A stretch of DNA of 64,000 nucleotides from Octopus sinensis (GCF_006345805.1 NC_043003.1:66278001-66342000); one strand, 5' to 3'; counted from the stretch's first letter, positions 42,380-56,246 are shown. Numbers and translations are program-made. Notes: generated by a model from the sequence alone, not told the origin.

Positions 42380-42604
42380 CAGTAAAACCTCAACTATCGC
42401 GGGTGTTACGTTCGAAAAAACTCGCAGTAAGTGAAAATCCGCGAAGTAGAAACAGTACTATGCTGTAGCTTTTTTTTATATATTTTTTAAAAATTTGTTT
42501 ATGATTATTTTATTATAAATGCAAAACAACACCACGGAAGAACCGACGAAAGCTTAAATGAAAAAACCGCGATAGATGAACCGTGAGATGGCGAGGGATT
42601 ACTG
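42380..42604. mobile_element. pogo/Tigger-type MITE
   Basis: TA|CAGTAAAACCTC...GAGGGATTACTG|TA. Confidence 0.8.
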
Positions 42605-43086
42605 TATGTATGTATGTATGTATGTATGTATGTATGTATGTATGCATGTATGTATGTATGTATGTATGTATGTATGCATGCATGCATGCATGCATGCATG
42701 CATACATGTATGTATGTATGTATGTATGTATGTATGTATGTATGTATGGATGGATGGATGGATGGATGTATGTATGTATGTATGTGTAAGGCAGTCAACT
42801 GACAGAAGCGTTGACACCACGGGTAGAATGCTTAGCGGTACTTCATCAGTCGTTACGTTCTAATTTCAAATTTCGCCGAAGTCGTCTTTGCCATTTGATC
42901 CTTTCTGGGTCGATAAACTGAGTACCAGACGAACAGTGGAGTCAATCAAACCACTCTCTCACCGAAATTGCTGGTCTTGTGCCAAAATTTGAAACCAGTG
43001 TATGTTCGTGCATTTATCTATATACTTATATAAATCAATGTGTGTATATATATATATATATATAAATCAATGTATATATACATATC

Positions 43087-43121
<35 letters not shown>

Positions 43122-43125
43122 TATA

Positions 43126-43512
43126 GACGTAGGAGTGACTGTATTGTAAGTAGCTTGCTTACCAACCACATGGTTCCGGGTTCAGTCCCACTGCGTGGCT
43201 CCTTGGGCAAGTGTCTTCTACTATAGCCTTAGGCCGACCAAAGCCTTGTGAGTGGATTTGGTAGACGGAAACTGAAAGAAGCCCGTCGTATATATGTATA
43301 TATATATATGTATAGGTATGCGTATGAGTATGTTTGTGTATCTGTGTTTGTTCACCCCCCACCAACGTCGCTTGACAACCGATGGTAGTGTGTTTATGTC
43401 CCTGTAACTTAGCGTTTCGGCAAAAGACATCGATACAATAAGTGCTAGGCTTACAAAGTATAAGTCCTGGGGACGATTTACTCGACTAAATGACTGAAAC
43501 AAGTAAAAGAAG
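43126..43512 (+). mobile_element. Full-length tRNA-derived CORE-like SINE with internal (TA)n(TG)n tract
   Basis: GGTTCAGTCCC B box, CCTTGGGCAAGTG CORE-like motif, tail AATGACTGAAACAAGTAAAAGA; other copies near 1057-1460(-), 2380-2560(-), 13637, 15510, 17890(-), 18778(-), 21170-21540(-), 23970-24505(-), 26110-26450, 28320-28980, 29107(-), 43855(-), 46560, 47790(-), 56850-57130(-). Confidence 0.85.
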
Positions 43513-43519
43513 TATATAT

Positions 43520-43551
<32 letters not shown>

Positions 43552-44047
43552 ATATATATATATATATATAATATATATATAATGTATTAAAAAATAAAAT
43601 AAAACATATGCATATATATAAACATATATGTACGTACCTACCTCTACATGTACATATACCGCATATATGAGTACAGGCACCAAAAGGACGCCGAACACAA
43701 TGAGAAACAAAAACATAGACACAAACCAAAGGAACTGGATATATATTTAAAAACAACAAAAAATAGAATACAGGACAAACAATTAACACAAAGAAAAAAA
43801 CCCCTTCTTCAATATATATATATATATATTCTTTTATTCATTATTAATTTTTTTTTCAGTCATTTGACTGCGGCCATGCTAGAACACCGACTTTAGTCCA
43901 ACGAAGCGATCCCCAATCTTATTCTTTGTAAACCTAGCACTTATTTATCAAATTCCTTTGCCGGGCCGCTAGGTTACGGAGACGTAAACACAGCATCGTT
44001 TATCGAGCGATGGGGGATGACAAACACAGACAGACACATAAACATAC

Positions 44048-44128
<81 letters not shown>

Positions 44129-44244
44129 TTGGAGTCTAATATACCATGTACGCCTATGAATATTTACAAACATACTTTCCCAATGATACTCGGTTTTTTT
44201 CTCAAACCTTTTATAATGTGATACAAGTCTTTGGCGTAGCAATG

Positions 44245-44341
44245 GCACGCAGCTGAAGAAGGCTTTTGATCTATCTGTTATATCGATTATGCATTGATGT
44301 AAGAATAAGTTGTTCTATAAAGCCTGAAACATATGTACCGC
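44245..44341 (+). ncRNA. Canonical-core hammerhead in a ~260-bp non-coding module between microsatellites
   Basis: GCAG-CTGAAGA-AGGCTTT...AAAGCCT-GAAAC-ATAT-GTA-CCGC; palindromic ACATATGT; stem I has one mismatch. Confidence 0.75.
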
Positions 44342-44392
44342 AACATCCTTTGCGTCTTGTTTTTCATTTATTTCATTTGATACATGCATATG

Positions 44393-44425
<33 letters not shown>

Positions 44426-44445
44426 TATGCATTTATGTATGCATG

Positions 44446-44539
<94 letters not shown>

Positions 44540-45629
44540 GATGTATGTATATATATATATCATCCCTATATGTGTGTATCAGTATACAAGCCTTTTGTAT
44601 GTATATCCGCAATTGAATGTGTATGCTTGTTTCAATATGAATCTGCGTGCGTTGATGCTTTTTCGAATGTATTTCCGTAGGTATAGATTTTTGTTAATAC
44701 TTTTTTTTTGCTTTGATATTTCTTTAACAAGACAATCTACACCGGATCCCTTTTCTTCTTCCCTAGTAAAAGGGAGCTTTGGAGCCACGGCTGGCATCAG
44801 CAGGTTGTCCGTTAAAGCAAACAAGACGCGCTGTGACGCACCATATACTGAGCGCTCGGTTTTGTTTACACACACAAGGCTGTTGAATATATGCTGACAT
44901 CTCTGCCTGTCTCTCTCTTTTTCACTCTGCACCACCCCGGTTTCTCTCCTTCCACCACTCTCATGTAGGAGAGTGTGTGTATATATGTGTGTGTTTATGC
45001 ATGTATATATATATATATATATATATACGTATTTGTGAGTGTGTTAGTATATGACCATCTATTTACATATATCTATATGTGTTTACGGATTTGTGTGTGT
45101 GTGTGTATGCGTAGGTAGGTGTATAATACATTCAAGTATACGAATATGTGCGGATGTATATAAATCTGACATGAATCACTTTTCACATGCTTGCCACTCC
45201 GAGCAAATTTTAATGTTTATTTAAGAGTACATGTACAATCACATTTGTATTCGTCTACACACACGCAAACACAAACACACACACGCACATAAACACACAC
45301 ACACACACACCACACACACACACACACACACATACACACATATATATATATATATACACACATATGTCAAAATACGGAGGAGACAAGAGAAAAAAACAAC
45401 ACCGTACATATATATACAATATATATTACTATATATGTGGGTAAATATATATAGTATACAATAGTGTTATGTAAATATGTATGTATGTATGTATATATGT
45501 ATGTGCCTATATGCGCATATTTTTTGTGTATGTGTCTATATATATATATATATGTTTATAGAAACACATCCACAAAAACTATGCACACATAGGCACATAC
45601 ATACATACATACATACATACATACATACA

Positions 45630-45664
<35 letters not shown>

Positions 45665-45951
45665 TTACATATCAATATTGTATACTGTATATATTTACCC
45701 ACATATATTGTATTATGTGTACAGGCACACATTCGTGTATATGCTTACGTCGCACACTCCCATGAATAGATATATATATGTATCTCTTCTATATTTCTCA
45801 GACATATACAGTATTATTTTGACAGCAGTTTCTACACACATTACGAAATTACATGCAAAACTTTGCCATTTATTCACTCAAGCAGTATCACACAGTCTGT
45901 CTGTCAGTCTCTCTCGCCCTCTATTTGACTGGCTTTCTCTCTGTCTCTGTT

Positions 45952-45986
<35 letters not shown>

Positions 45987-46039
45987 TGGTGTGTGCATGT
46001 GTGTACGCAAGTTTTTGTGGCTGTATGAATATTTATAGA

Positions 46040-46203
46040 CGCAGGCGTGGCTGTGTGCTAAGAACCATGGTTCTCAACCACATGTTTCCGAGTTCAGTCC
46101 CACTGCGTGACACCTTCTACTGTAGCCTCGAGCCGACCAGAACCTGGTGAGTGGAATTGGTAGACGGAAACTGAAAGAAGCCTGTCGTGTATATATGTAT
46201 ACT

Positions 46204-46270
<67 letters not shown>

Positions 46271-46498
46271 TGTTTGTGTATGTCCGTGTATATCTGTCTG
46301 TCTGTGTGTGTGTTTTTCGCCCACCATCGCTTGACAAACGGTGTTGGTGTGTTTTCCTCCCCGTTACTTGGCGTTTTGGCTTAAGAGACCGATAGAATAA
46401 GCACTAGGCTCTCAAAGATTACGTCCAGGGGTCGATTTGTTCGACTAAATGCGGTGCTCCAGCCTGGCCGCAGTCAAATGACTGAAACAAGTAAAAGA
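46040..46498 (+). mobile_element. Full-length copy of the CORE-like SINE
   Basis: Colinear with 43126-43512. Confidence 0.85.
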
Positions 46499-46842
46499 TA
46501 TGCATATATATATATATGTGTGTGTGTGTGTCTGTATATATATATATATATAAAATTATGTGTATGCGTCTTTGTGTCTATGCTTGTCCCCCAACCATCG
46601 CTTGACAACCGATGTTCGTGCATTTGCGTCCCTGCAATATAGCGGTTCGGGAAAAGGACCGATAGAATAAGTAAAAGGCTTACAAAGAATAAGCCCTGGA
46701 GCTGATTTTCTTCGACGAAAAACCTTTAAGGCAATGCTCCAGCATGGCCGCAGTCAAACGACTGAAAGAAGTTAAAGAATAAAAGAATATGTATATGTAT
46801 ATATATATATATATATAGATATAGAGAGAGAGAGAGATACAC

Positions 46843-46879
<37 letters not shown>

Positions 46880-46931
46880 GATAGATAGATAGATAGATAC
46901 ATATATATACATATATATATGCATATATATA

Positions 46932-47290
46932 TCTCTTATTATAAAAGGCAGATTTTATCTGCCTCCCTTTGGGAGTTATACAAATCTACAATATAGGATT
47001 TCTTCAATTACAATTTACCTCGCATTTTTAAGAGTACAATGCATCGCGTCATGCCAGGTCCAGTTTTAAAATTTAAACTCCAATTAAGCAAAATTTACAG
47101 AAAACTCAATTCTCTGTGTGTGTGTCAAATGATTTTTTTAGTCTGGTTACACCACACGCAACGCACACACATAGTGGGCAACGAATAAAATGATAGTAAT
47201 TCACTTACTGTAGTGAGTGATTCTTTCACTCTGCCTCCCACTTCCTGTTTCAACACATAGACACGCAAATATATAAATAAAATTGTAAGC
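46932..47290 (+). mobile_element. Helitron-like 5' portion
   Basis: A|TCTCTTATTATAAAAG start; no CTAG end found. Confidence 0.45.
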
Positions 47291-47324
47291 TAACGTGCGT
47301 GTGTGTGAGTGTGTGTGTGTGTGA

Positions 47325-47359
<35 letters not shown>

Positions 47360-47454
47360 TGTGAGGGTGCGTGTGTGTGTGTGTGTGCGTGTGCGTGAGT
47401 GTGTGACAGGAAAGTTTTTTACGACGAATATAACACCTATATCCAAGTAGCAGA

Positions 47455-47716
47455 AGATAGACAGTAAGGTGTGATTTGAGGGAGATTTGGCTGCTATTTT
47501 ACCATGTCTAGCTGCCATGTAGGGGTCTGCCTCATAGGCTCATACATACATATATACATAGATAAGACAGTAAGGTGTGATTTGGGGGAATTTGGCTGCT
47601 ATTTCTACCAGGTCTAGCTACCAGTAGAGGTCCCCCTCATTGGCTCATATATATATACATACATAAGACAGTAAGGTGTGATTTGAGGGAGATTTGGCTG
47701 CTGTTTCTACCAGGTC
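47455..47716 (+). repeat. Tandem ~105-bp repeat, 2.5 copies
   Basis: AGACAGTAAGGTGTGATTTG at ~47459, ~47565, ~47665. Confidence 0.85.
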
Positions 47717-48079
47717 TGTTAGGCCTTCTCATGTAAACTCAAGCTTTCTCATGCCTGAACATAAGACAAAGCAGAGAATGTATTCTTTTATTCTTGCTTT
47801 TTCCAGCCATTGGTCTGTGGCCATGCTGGGGCAATGCCTTGAAGAATTGTAGTTTAATGAATCAACTCCAGTTTTATTTTTGTAAGCATTGTACTTATTC
47901 TATCTGTTTCCTTTGTCAAACCACTAGGTGACAGGGATGTAAACAAACCAACATTCGTTGTCAAGCAGTGGTGGAGGACAATCACAAGCACAGACACGCA
48001 CACCACACACACACATACATGCAGACACATATACACACATACATAATACATACATATATATATATGTGTGTATTATATA

Positions 48080-48338
48080 TTGCAGCGTGGAAGGTGTTTG
48101 AAAGCCATTTAAGAAACACACAAAAACCGTTAGATTCACTTCAACATTTAAATTTATTTTGCCAAAATATTTTCCTCGCTTTGAGACCGCGACCTGTTCA
48201 CTGACAAAAATATCGTGCTACACAGTCGCGGTCTCAAAGCGACGAAAATATTTTGACAAATTAAATTTAAATGTTGAAGTGAATCTAACGGTTTTTGTGT
48301 GTTTCTTAAATGGCTTATAAACACCTTCAACGCTGCAA
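48080..48338. repeat. Fold-back inverted repeat (~114-bp arms 48080-48193 / 48225-48338) of an HHR-bearing module
   Basis: Arms are reverse complements with only a few mismatches. Confidence 0.9.
48159..48207 (-). ncRNA. Hammerhead with G3-C8 covariant core
   Basis: TTGTCA-GTGAACA-G-GTCGCggtctcaaaGCGAG-GAAAATATTT-TGGCAA; the other arm has GCGAC and TGACAA, restoring perfect stems. Confidence 0.65.
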
Positions 48339-48501
48339 CTGTTTTCGTTCCAGCACACGATCTCAGATCAAGTCACTTGCTATGCAAGTACATCTCTGTA
48401 ACTATATATATATTATATATATATATATATATGTATATTGGTAAAAACAGTAAGATAACAAAAGAAAGAAAGAGACCTCAATATTATGTAAATAGAGGAA
48501 A

Positions 48502-48879
48502 TCTTTATATATAAAAGTGAGGTTGTGTGTCTGTCTCCTACGATTTAGATTCCTAACTACTCCCACATTTTGCGGTGCAGTTTAACCAAAACAGGTATCT
48601 TATAGTCGTTTCATATCGAGACCGTCTGGGTATTAGCGCGAGTCTACGATTTAAAAAAAATTACCATCAATTTTTCCCATTTTAAATCCATTTTTGACAT
48701 ATATAAGGGAAGTAACTCTCTAAAATTTATTATTAAATCTCAGAACGTAAAAAGCTACAGTAACACCCCTCCCCCTTTGTGGTTAGCCATATTGAGATGG
48801 CTATTATACTTTACATCTCTAAAAATGCTTATATAATTATTTCCCTTACAAACCCGAGCAACGCCGGGCGATACTGCTA

Positions 48880-48880
<1 letters not shown>
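48502..48880 (+). mobile_element. Complete non-autonomous Helitron (379 bp)
   Basis: A|TCTTTATATATAAAAG start, subterminal GC hairpin CCCGAGCAACGCCGGG, CTAG|T end. Confidence 0.8.
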
Positions 48881-48940
<60 letters not shown>

Positions 48941-49106
48941 GCACCGACACGCAGGCATACACTAACAAACACGCATATTTAGGTATTATTTATGTGTCTG
49001 TCAAGAATTGTGCGCTTCTCATTTTGTCCCACGCAAACAACACACGCACACACACGTGTGTATGAGATAATAGTATGTTCGAATATATGTGCTGACGGGA
49101 TATACT

Positions 49107-49138
<32 letters not shown>

Positions 49139-49139
49139 G

Positions 49140-49170
<31 letters not shown>

Positions 49171-49428
49171 AAGTGTCTATATATGCACGTACGCATGCTT
49201 GTATGAATGAGTGTACGTGTGGGTGTGCGTCTGTTGGCGTATTCTCCGAATCGCTACTTAGTTATTGCTACTTAAACCACCCACATCTTACGTTTTTAAC
49301 AATACAGACTACATTTGTTCTTCTCTCATATATCCTTCTTCGCATTCTCTCCCCCGCTATCTCTTTAGCTCACTCCTTATCTCTTTCTTTATGTATGGTA
49401 TATATATATATATTTATTGATTTATATA

Positions 49429-49462
<34 letters not shown>

Positions 49463-49749
49463 TATATATATATATATATATATATATATTGCTGTTATTC
49501 TCTTCATTCTAACTCCGCTTTATTTCTCTGTGTCCTTGTCATGTCTGTAAACACATTTACATTCAACAGATAAATGCATAAAAATATCATTAAAAATATC
49601 TCTTTTTCTCTCTCCTCCTCTCCCTCTCTCTCTCTCTCTCTGTATATATATATATATATATGTGGTGTGGTGTATACGTATATACATATATACATATATA
49701 TATATATACATAAATTTATATATACATACATATATATACATATATAGAT

Positions 49750-49802
<53 letters not shown>

Positions 49803-49811
49803 CATATATGT

Positions 49812-49873
<62 letters not shown>

Positions 49874-49992
49874 TATATATATATTTGTATTTGGGATGGT
49901 CATGTTGCCAGTTAGCCAATAAAAACAGACGCACTATATATATGGTGTTAATTTGCTTCAGCTTTATTTTATCTTTTATATTAATCGTATTT

Positions 49993-50035
49993 CCGCTAGT
50001 GTTCTTTCGTCACACATCTGTGACCTCATCAGTGG
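49993..50035 (-). ncRNA. Hammerhead core in a ~215-bp module between (TA)n tracts
   Basis: CTGATGA-G-GTCACAgatgTGTGAC-GAAAG-aaca-CTA; stem I imperfect. Confidence 0.6.
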
Positions 50036-50112
50036 TCCTTTGCTTTCTTCTTCTTATTTGTGTGTCTTCCTTACTAACGATCAGCCATTTTGTCAAAATG
50101 TATATATATATA

Positions 50113-50175
<63 letters not shown>

Positions 50176-51360
50176 TGTATGTATGTTTAAACGGCCCAGA
50201 TCACAATATTTCCTTTGAACGGAACACTGATCCGTTGAATGCTTCAAAGCCAGCAGGTTTGAGGGAAGAATTAGAGTGAAGTCGATTTCACTGACCATAG
50301 AGCTTAAGTGGTATTTTATCTTACTGACCCCTTCTGTGGAATTTGGACTGAGAACGTAAAGGTTTGGAAGAAATGCTGCTATGGATTTTGTCTCAGCTTG
50401 TCACCTTAAACAACAGCGTCATCATACGCACTCTGCTTTCCTCGTTTTTACAGATCTCAAGACGTAACAGTCTTTTTTTTCTTTTCACGTTTACAGCGTA
50501 GAGACGTTGCTTGGCGGAAATGTTAGCGCATTGGCGAGTGTATTAGCGTCTTGCGGAGTTCCAGATGATCTGATCAACAGAACAGCCTGCTCATTAGCTT
50601 AATATATAAGTGACTGAGCATTCCATAGACACGTAGTTCGGAGGGAGCTTCAGCGTGACACAAATTGTGAAAAGGATGACCCCTGGAAATAGAGGTGCTA
50701 CTTAATTTTTGCAACTGAGCGGAGTGAAACGACGTAAAATACGGAGTCATGTTCAAGGACATAATGCACTGTGAGGAATTGAACTCAGCGCCTTACTATC
50801 GGGAGATGAAAACCCTAACCACTAAGCCACGCCTCTTCATGTTTTAAGAGTATACGCCGCGGCAGAATTTCTGGTTCTTTTATCCTGAGTTTAGTTCCCG
50901 CTGATTCTGGCCTTAGGATTCGGATTCGACGAATAATTACCAGACATAAATGGAGAAGATTCTTCTTCAGATGTCTGCAAGTTATTTTCACTCAGTTTCC
51001 TCTCAAGGAGACACAGATATCGAGATAGCCGTGATTATTCCGGTATAAAATACTGAAACACACCATTAAATTACGGCACAGCCCCAATGGTTTCATCCCT
51101 TATCAAAGTCTATGAATCATATTATCCCATAGAGACACATCAAATATACGCACGCATATTTCACAGTTACATTGTAATCACTGGCTCACAGATTAACACA
51201 CAGATACAAAACCGTATTTAGTTGTGTGTATGTATATATATTTCTACAATTCTACATATTCTCAGATAAACACATATGTAAATGAATATATATATTATAT
51301 ATGTATACTTTATATGTTTATATATGCGTGTTTGGGCGTGCAAGTATGTATACATTTATC

Positions 51361-51407
<47 letters not shown>

Positions 51408-51449
51408 GACATGTACATATATATATATATAAAGACATGTACATGATCA

Positions 51450-51585
51450 ACAAGAAGGTGTATTAGTTTGACGCTTTGGAAATGAATAAGTCTTTTACGT
51501 TTCGAGCCTACGCACTTCAGCAAAAAGGAATAAGAGAAGATTAACAGAGAGAGAATGAAAAAGAATTGTAGATTTAGCGGTCAAG
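51450..51585 (-). mobile_element. Solo pseudo-LTR with degenerate HHR motif (51492-51527)
   Basis: Reverse complement CTTT-TTGCTGA-A-GTGCgtagGCTC-GAAAC-GTA-AAAG. Confidence 0.7.
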
Positions 51586-52184
51586 CCAAAGAGAGAGAGA
51601 GAGAGAGAGAGAGAGGTAGAGAGAGAGGCAGAGGGAGAGAGAGAGAGATTAAGAATTACATAGAAGAATGTTAAAGGAACACACGGAAACATCACGCAGG
51701 AGTCGGGGGCATGCTCTTCACATATCAGTTATCGTTCAAAAATCATAACCATTTCGTGCCATTATATAGAATGTAAACTTCAGCTTATACGTATAACCAG
51801 TATTTGCCGTATTTAAAACTTCATGTGCCTTGTACATCGGAAGGGAAAACTATGTGGAGAACTCGTGCACTAAAGTCCGAGTTTCTTTTCATTGGTGTCC
51901 GTAGCTGAAAAGGTTTTAGAGTACATATACAGAGTACATATAGAGAGTATGTTTTGTCTACAAAGAATATAGTTCTGCCATGTTACACGTTTTACGTCGC
52001 CGATAATCCCTTCACTCTTAATAATAGGGATAAATTTCTACACCATTTACACTTAAATTTTTTAGTACATTTACTGACTTCGATTTTGAGCTTAGTTTGC
52101 AGGATTCTTGATGTGAATTCGTTTGTTGAAACAAATCTTGTATCTTGGAAGGCTCATTACCCCAATAATAACAATACAGAAGTG

Positions 52185-53200
52185 ATATTTATTTCTTTAT
52201 TGCCCGGAGGCGGACGGTAAATATAGGGGGACAAAAAAAGACAGAAAATGGGATTAAGTCGATTACATCGACCCCGGTGCTTAACTGGTACTTACTTAAT
52301 GAAAGGTAAAGTCGACCTCGACGGAATTTGAACTCAGAATGTAACGGAAGACGAAATACCCATTTCTTTATTATCCACAAGGGGCTAAACATAGAGGAGA
52401 CAAGCATAGGTATTAAGTCGATTACATCGACCCCAGTGCCTAACTGGTGCTTAATTTATCGACCCCGAAAGGATGAAAGGCAAAGTCGACCTCGGCGGAA
52501 TTTGAACTCGCAACGTTACGGCAGCCGAAATACCACTAAGCATTTCGCCCGACGTGCTAACGATTCTGCCAGCTCGCCGCCCTTATATAGCGGATATAAT
52601 ATTTATTTCTTTATTGCTCACAGGGGGCTAAGCATAGTGGGGAGAAACAAAGAGAGAGAAACGGATTAAGTCGATTACATCGACCCCAGTGCGTAACTAG
52701 TTCTTATTTAATCAACCCCGAAAGGAAGAAAAGCAAAGTCGATCTCGGTGGAATTTGAACTCAGAATGTAACGGCAGACGAAATAGCTATTTCTTTACTA
52801 CCCACAATGGGCTAAACACAGAGAGGATAAACAAGGATAGACAAACGGATTAAGTCGATTACATCAACCCCAGTGTGTAACTGGTACTTAATTTATCGAC
52901 CCCGAAAGGATGAAAGGCAATGTCGACCTCGGTGGAATTTGAACTCAGAACGTAACGGAAGATGAAATACCTATTTCTTTATTACCCACAAGGGGCTAAA
53001 CATAGAGGGGACAAACAAGGACAGACATAGGTATTAAGTCGATTACATCGACCCCAGTGCATAACTTGTACTTAATTTATCGACCCCGAAAGGATGAAAG
53101 GCAATGTCGACCTCGGCGGAATTTGAACTCAGAACGTAACGGAAGACGAAATACCGGTAAGCATTTCGCCCGGCGTGCTAACGATTCTGCCAGCTCACCG
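52185..53200 (-). mobile_element. Pentameric SINE cluster (dimer plus trimer)
   Basis: B boxes at ~52327, 52501, 52754, 52938, 53122. Confidence 0.9.
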
Positions 53201-53970
53201 GAGAAGTGATATTGATCCAGTGAATGGTTTGTTATTGACGTAATGACTCTCCCGAAACACAACTGCATTTATTGACCTACTTCAAAACTTTGTCATTGGT
53301 TGTTGATACGATAAATATTTTTTTTTTAACGCATCCTGTGAAGATTTGCTAATATAAGCTGCTTACAATATTTTTGCTTATTTAACAAATGCCTTTGTTA
53401 ACGGAATATGCGTAAGACGATGTAACCAGGTATTTTATAAGTAAACTTTTCAATTTCTTTTGTGAAGCTGTGTGTAGGGAGTGGGTTATTATGATGTATT
53501 CGGAGGTGTTGTAGGACATAAAAAATACATAACTATTTTATCTAAATATTTGCATGTGTGTGCCTGTTTCCTTTTGTTTTCCTTTTGATGGTTTGTTTGT
53601 TTTTACTTATGTATATACATTCTCTAAATGCATTTATTTCTATGCATGTTCCTAGATATATTTAATATTTATAAGTATGCCAACTTTATAATGTGTTATA
53701 TAATGAAAATCTTGAACAAGCAGATTTTTTTTATTTCTGTAAGAACATTTGCCTGTAACAAAATGCTTGAATGTTAAACATAAATATCCACACATTACAA
53801 TACTAGACAAAATATTCCATACGTTTTATCTGAAATGTTATAATTTCAAGCATTTCGTTATTACTCGAATCTTTTTCAAATCGCTTCTTACAGTTTTTAA
53901 TATTTCAAAGATACTTTGAAATGCACTTCAGACGGCTACACATAAAAAAAAAAAAAACTTTCCTGAAAAC

Positions 53971-54320
53971 TACAGGGTGAGGATGAAACTTCATCAAATT
54001 CTACCTTTGATGACAACTGTACATCAGAAAACAAGTCGCTGCGTGAATATACAAAGAAATGTAAGTATGTAATTTATGTAGGGCGTAATTTATTAAATGG
54101 TGTACCGTTGATATTCTCAATTTAGGTGCGCTACTTATTTTGGGGAGGATTTCAAAAACCTGGCAAGAGATTCCCAAAGAAACGAGGTTTGGGGGAGGTT
54201 GGCCAATACCAAGGAACCAAGGATTTGACATGTAGTATATTTCGTCGACTTCGGGAAGATGATCTCGATGGCGTTTTAACTCCGGTTGTAAAGCGCTGGA
54301 AGACATACCACGTGGCATAT
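53971..54320 (-). mobile_element. Possible Tc1/mariner transposase 3' fossil
   Basis: TACAGGGTG terminus; frameshifted WYVFQ and YWP.SP.L-like motifs. Confidence 0.35.
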
Positions 54321-54321
54321 T

Positions 54322-54625
54322 CTTATTTCTTTATTGCCCACAAGGGGCTAAGCATAGAGGGGACAAACAAAGACAGACAAACGGATTAAGTCGATTACAT
54401 CGACCCATTGCGTAACTGGTACTTATTTAATCGACTCCGAAAGGATGAAAGGCATAGTCAACCTCGGCGGAATTTGAACTCAGAACGTAACGGCAGACTA
54501 AATACCTATTTCTTTATTTCCCACAAGGGGCTAAACACAGGGGGAATTTGAACCCAGAGCGTAAAGAGCTGGAAGAAATACCAGCAAGCATTTTGTCCGA
54601 GCTTCAAACGCTTCTGCAGCTCACT
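54322..54625 (-). mobile_element. Partial SINE array
   Basis: Same unit, second unit internally deleted. Confidence 0.75.
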
Positions 54626-54694
54626 GTCTGTGCTGTTGCTGCTGCTGCTACTATAATCATTACTCTTGCTGCTGCTGCTGCTACCACCACCACC

Positions 54695-54728
<34 letters not shown>

Positions 54729-54893
54729 ATAATAATAATAATAATACTGCTGCAACTGCTACTGCTGCTACTACTACTACTACCACCATTATTACATCCA
54801 CCAATACTACTACTATTAATACTAATAATAATAATACCGCTGCTGCTACTACTTCTACTACTACCACCACCACCACTATTACCACCACCACGT

Positions 54894-54943
<50 letters not shown>

Positions 54944-55243
54944 GTTACCATCACCACAAACACTACCACCACTAATACTACTACTACTACTCTAGCCGTC
55001 ACGATCGACACAAATTAAAAATGATTCTGATCTCAACAAAAGTTTTGCTCTGATTTTTTACTTGTTTTTTTTTTATTGTTTTACCCATTAAAATAAAACA
55101 CAAAAAGTCAACTTGAATAAGAAGAAGAAAAGCGTAAACGACGAAGATTAAAACAGACGGTAAAAATTAAAGGGTTGTCTTCATTATAAACCGTTTCTGT
55201 TCAAAGGACAAAACTACACACACATACAAACACACACACACAC

Positions 55244-55284
<41 letters not shown>

Positions 55285-55729
55285 GTATAACTCAATTTTC
55301 GTAATCTACTAAACGTGGTGTATAAACAACATAGAATTTTTTTCATTTTAAAATGTCTGTCTACTGACTAGAGATATATTCGTTAAATTTTCTATATTTA
55401 ATGACACTCATATAAATACATAATTGGATTTTGTCACTTGTCTTATATTAGATTCGTTTTAATGTTATAAACAGTCTGAATATTAAGTTACGTTCGGAAT
55501 TTTTCGGCACAGATTTTGTTGAGTTGATAAAGTCTATTTCAGTTGATTATATGGAATAACAACGGTATGTATGTATGTATGTATGTATGTATGTATGTAT
55601 GTATGTATGTATGTATGTATGTATGTGTGTGTGTATGTATGTCTGTATGTATGTATGTATGTATGTAAATATGCATGCATGTATGCATTCATGTATGTAT
55701 GTATGCATGCATGCATGTATGTATGCCAT

Positions 55730-56246
55730 TATTCAGTTTATTTCAAGAATTCTTGCCAATAGAGAAAGAACCGGTTTCTAGCCTGGATCCAAGGCTCCTT
55801 CATTGGAACTTCAACATCAACAACAAGGTATTTTTGTTTGTTTGTTTGTTTGTATGTGCAGATTATATGTTTTATGTATGTATTCTCATGCATATAGTTG
55901 CATACCAAGACATACTCATATATATTTAAACAATAAATTTCTGGAAAGTTATACAGATTTTTACAGTTCCAGTGATGGATTGGATCTGTAGTCTTAGAAT
56001 TAACTTTCTCTTTTCTGGTTTTGAGAAGTCTAATTTCTCAAGATTGGTATTTAGGCAGTGTGTTACTTATCCCAGGGCCCCAATAATTAAAGGTATTAAC
56101 CTGATCTTGCAATCTGGATAGAGTAACTGCAGATTTCTCAATAGTTCAGCCTAGATATTCTCTTTTTCACTGATCTTTAGCTTTATGTTAACATCCGCTG
56201 GGGAGCTATTTCCCACAACAGTACACAGTCTCTCTTGTCTAACCCA
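55730..56246 (-). mobile_element. 3' end of a REL-endonuclease LINE (R4/NeSL-like)
   Basis: LCTVVGNSSPADVNI..EKENI*AELLRNLQLLYP..IPLIIGALG..LQIQSITGTVKI plus 3' UTR. Confidence 0.75.
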
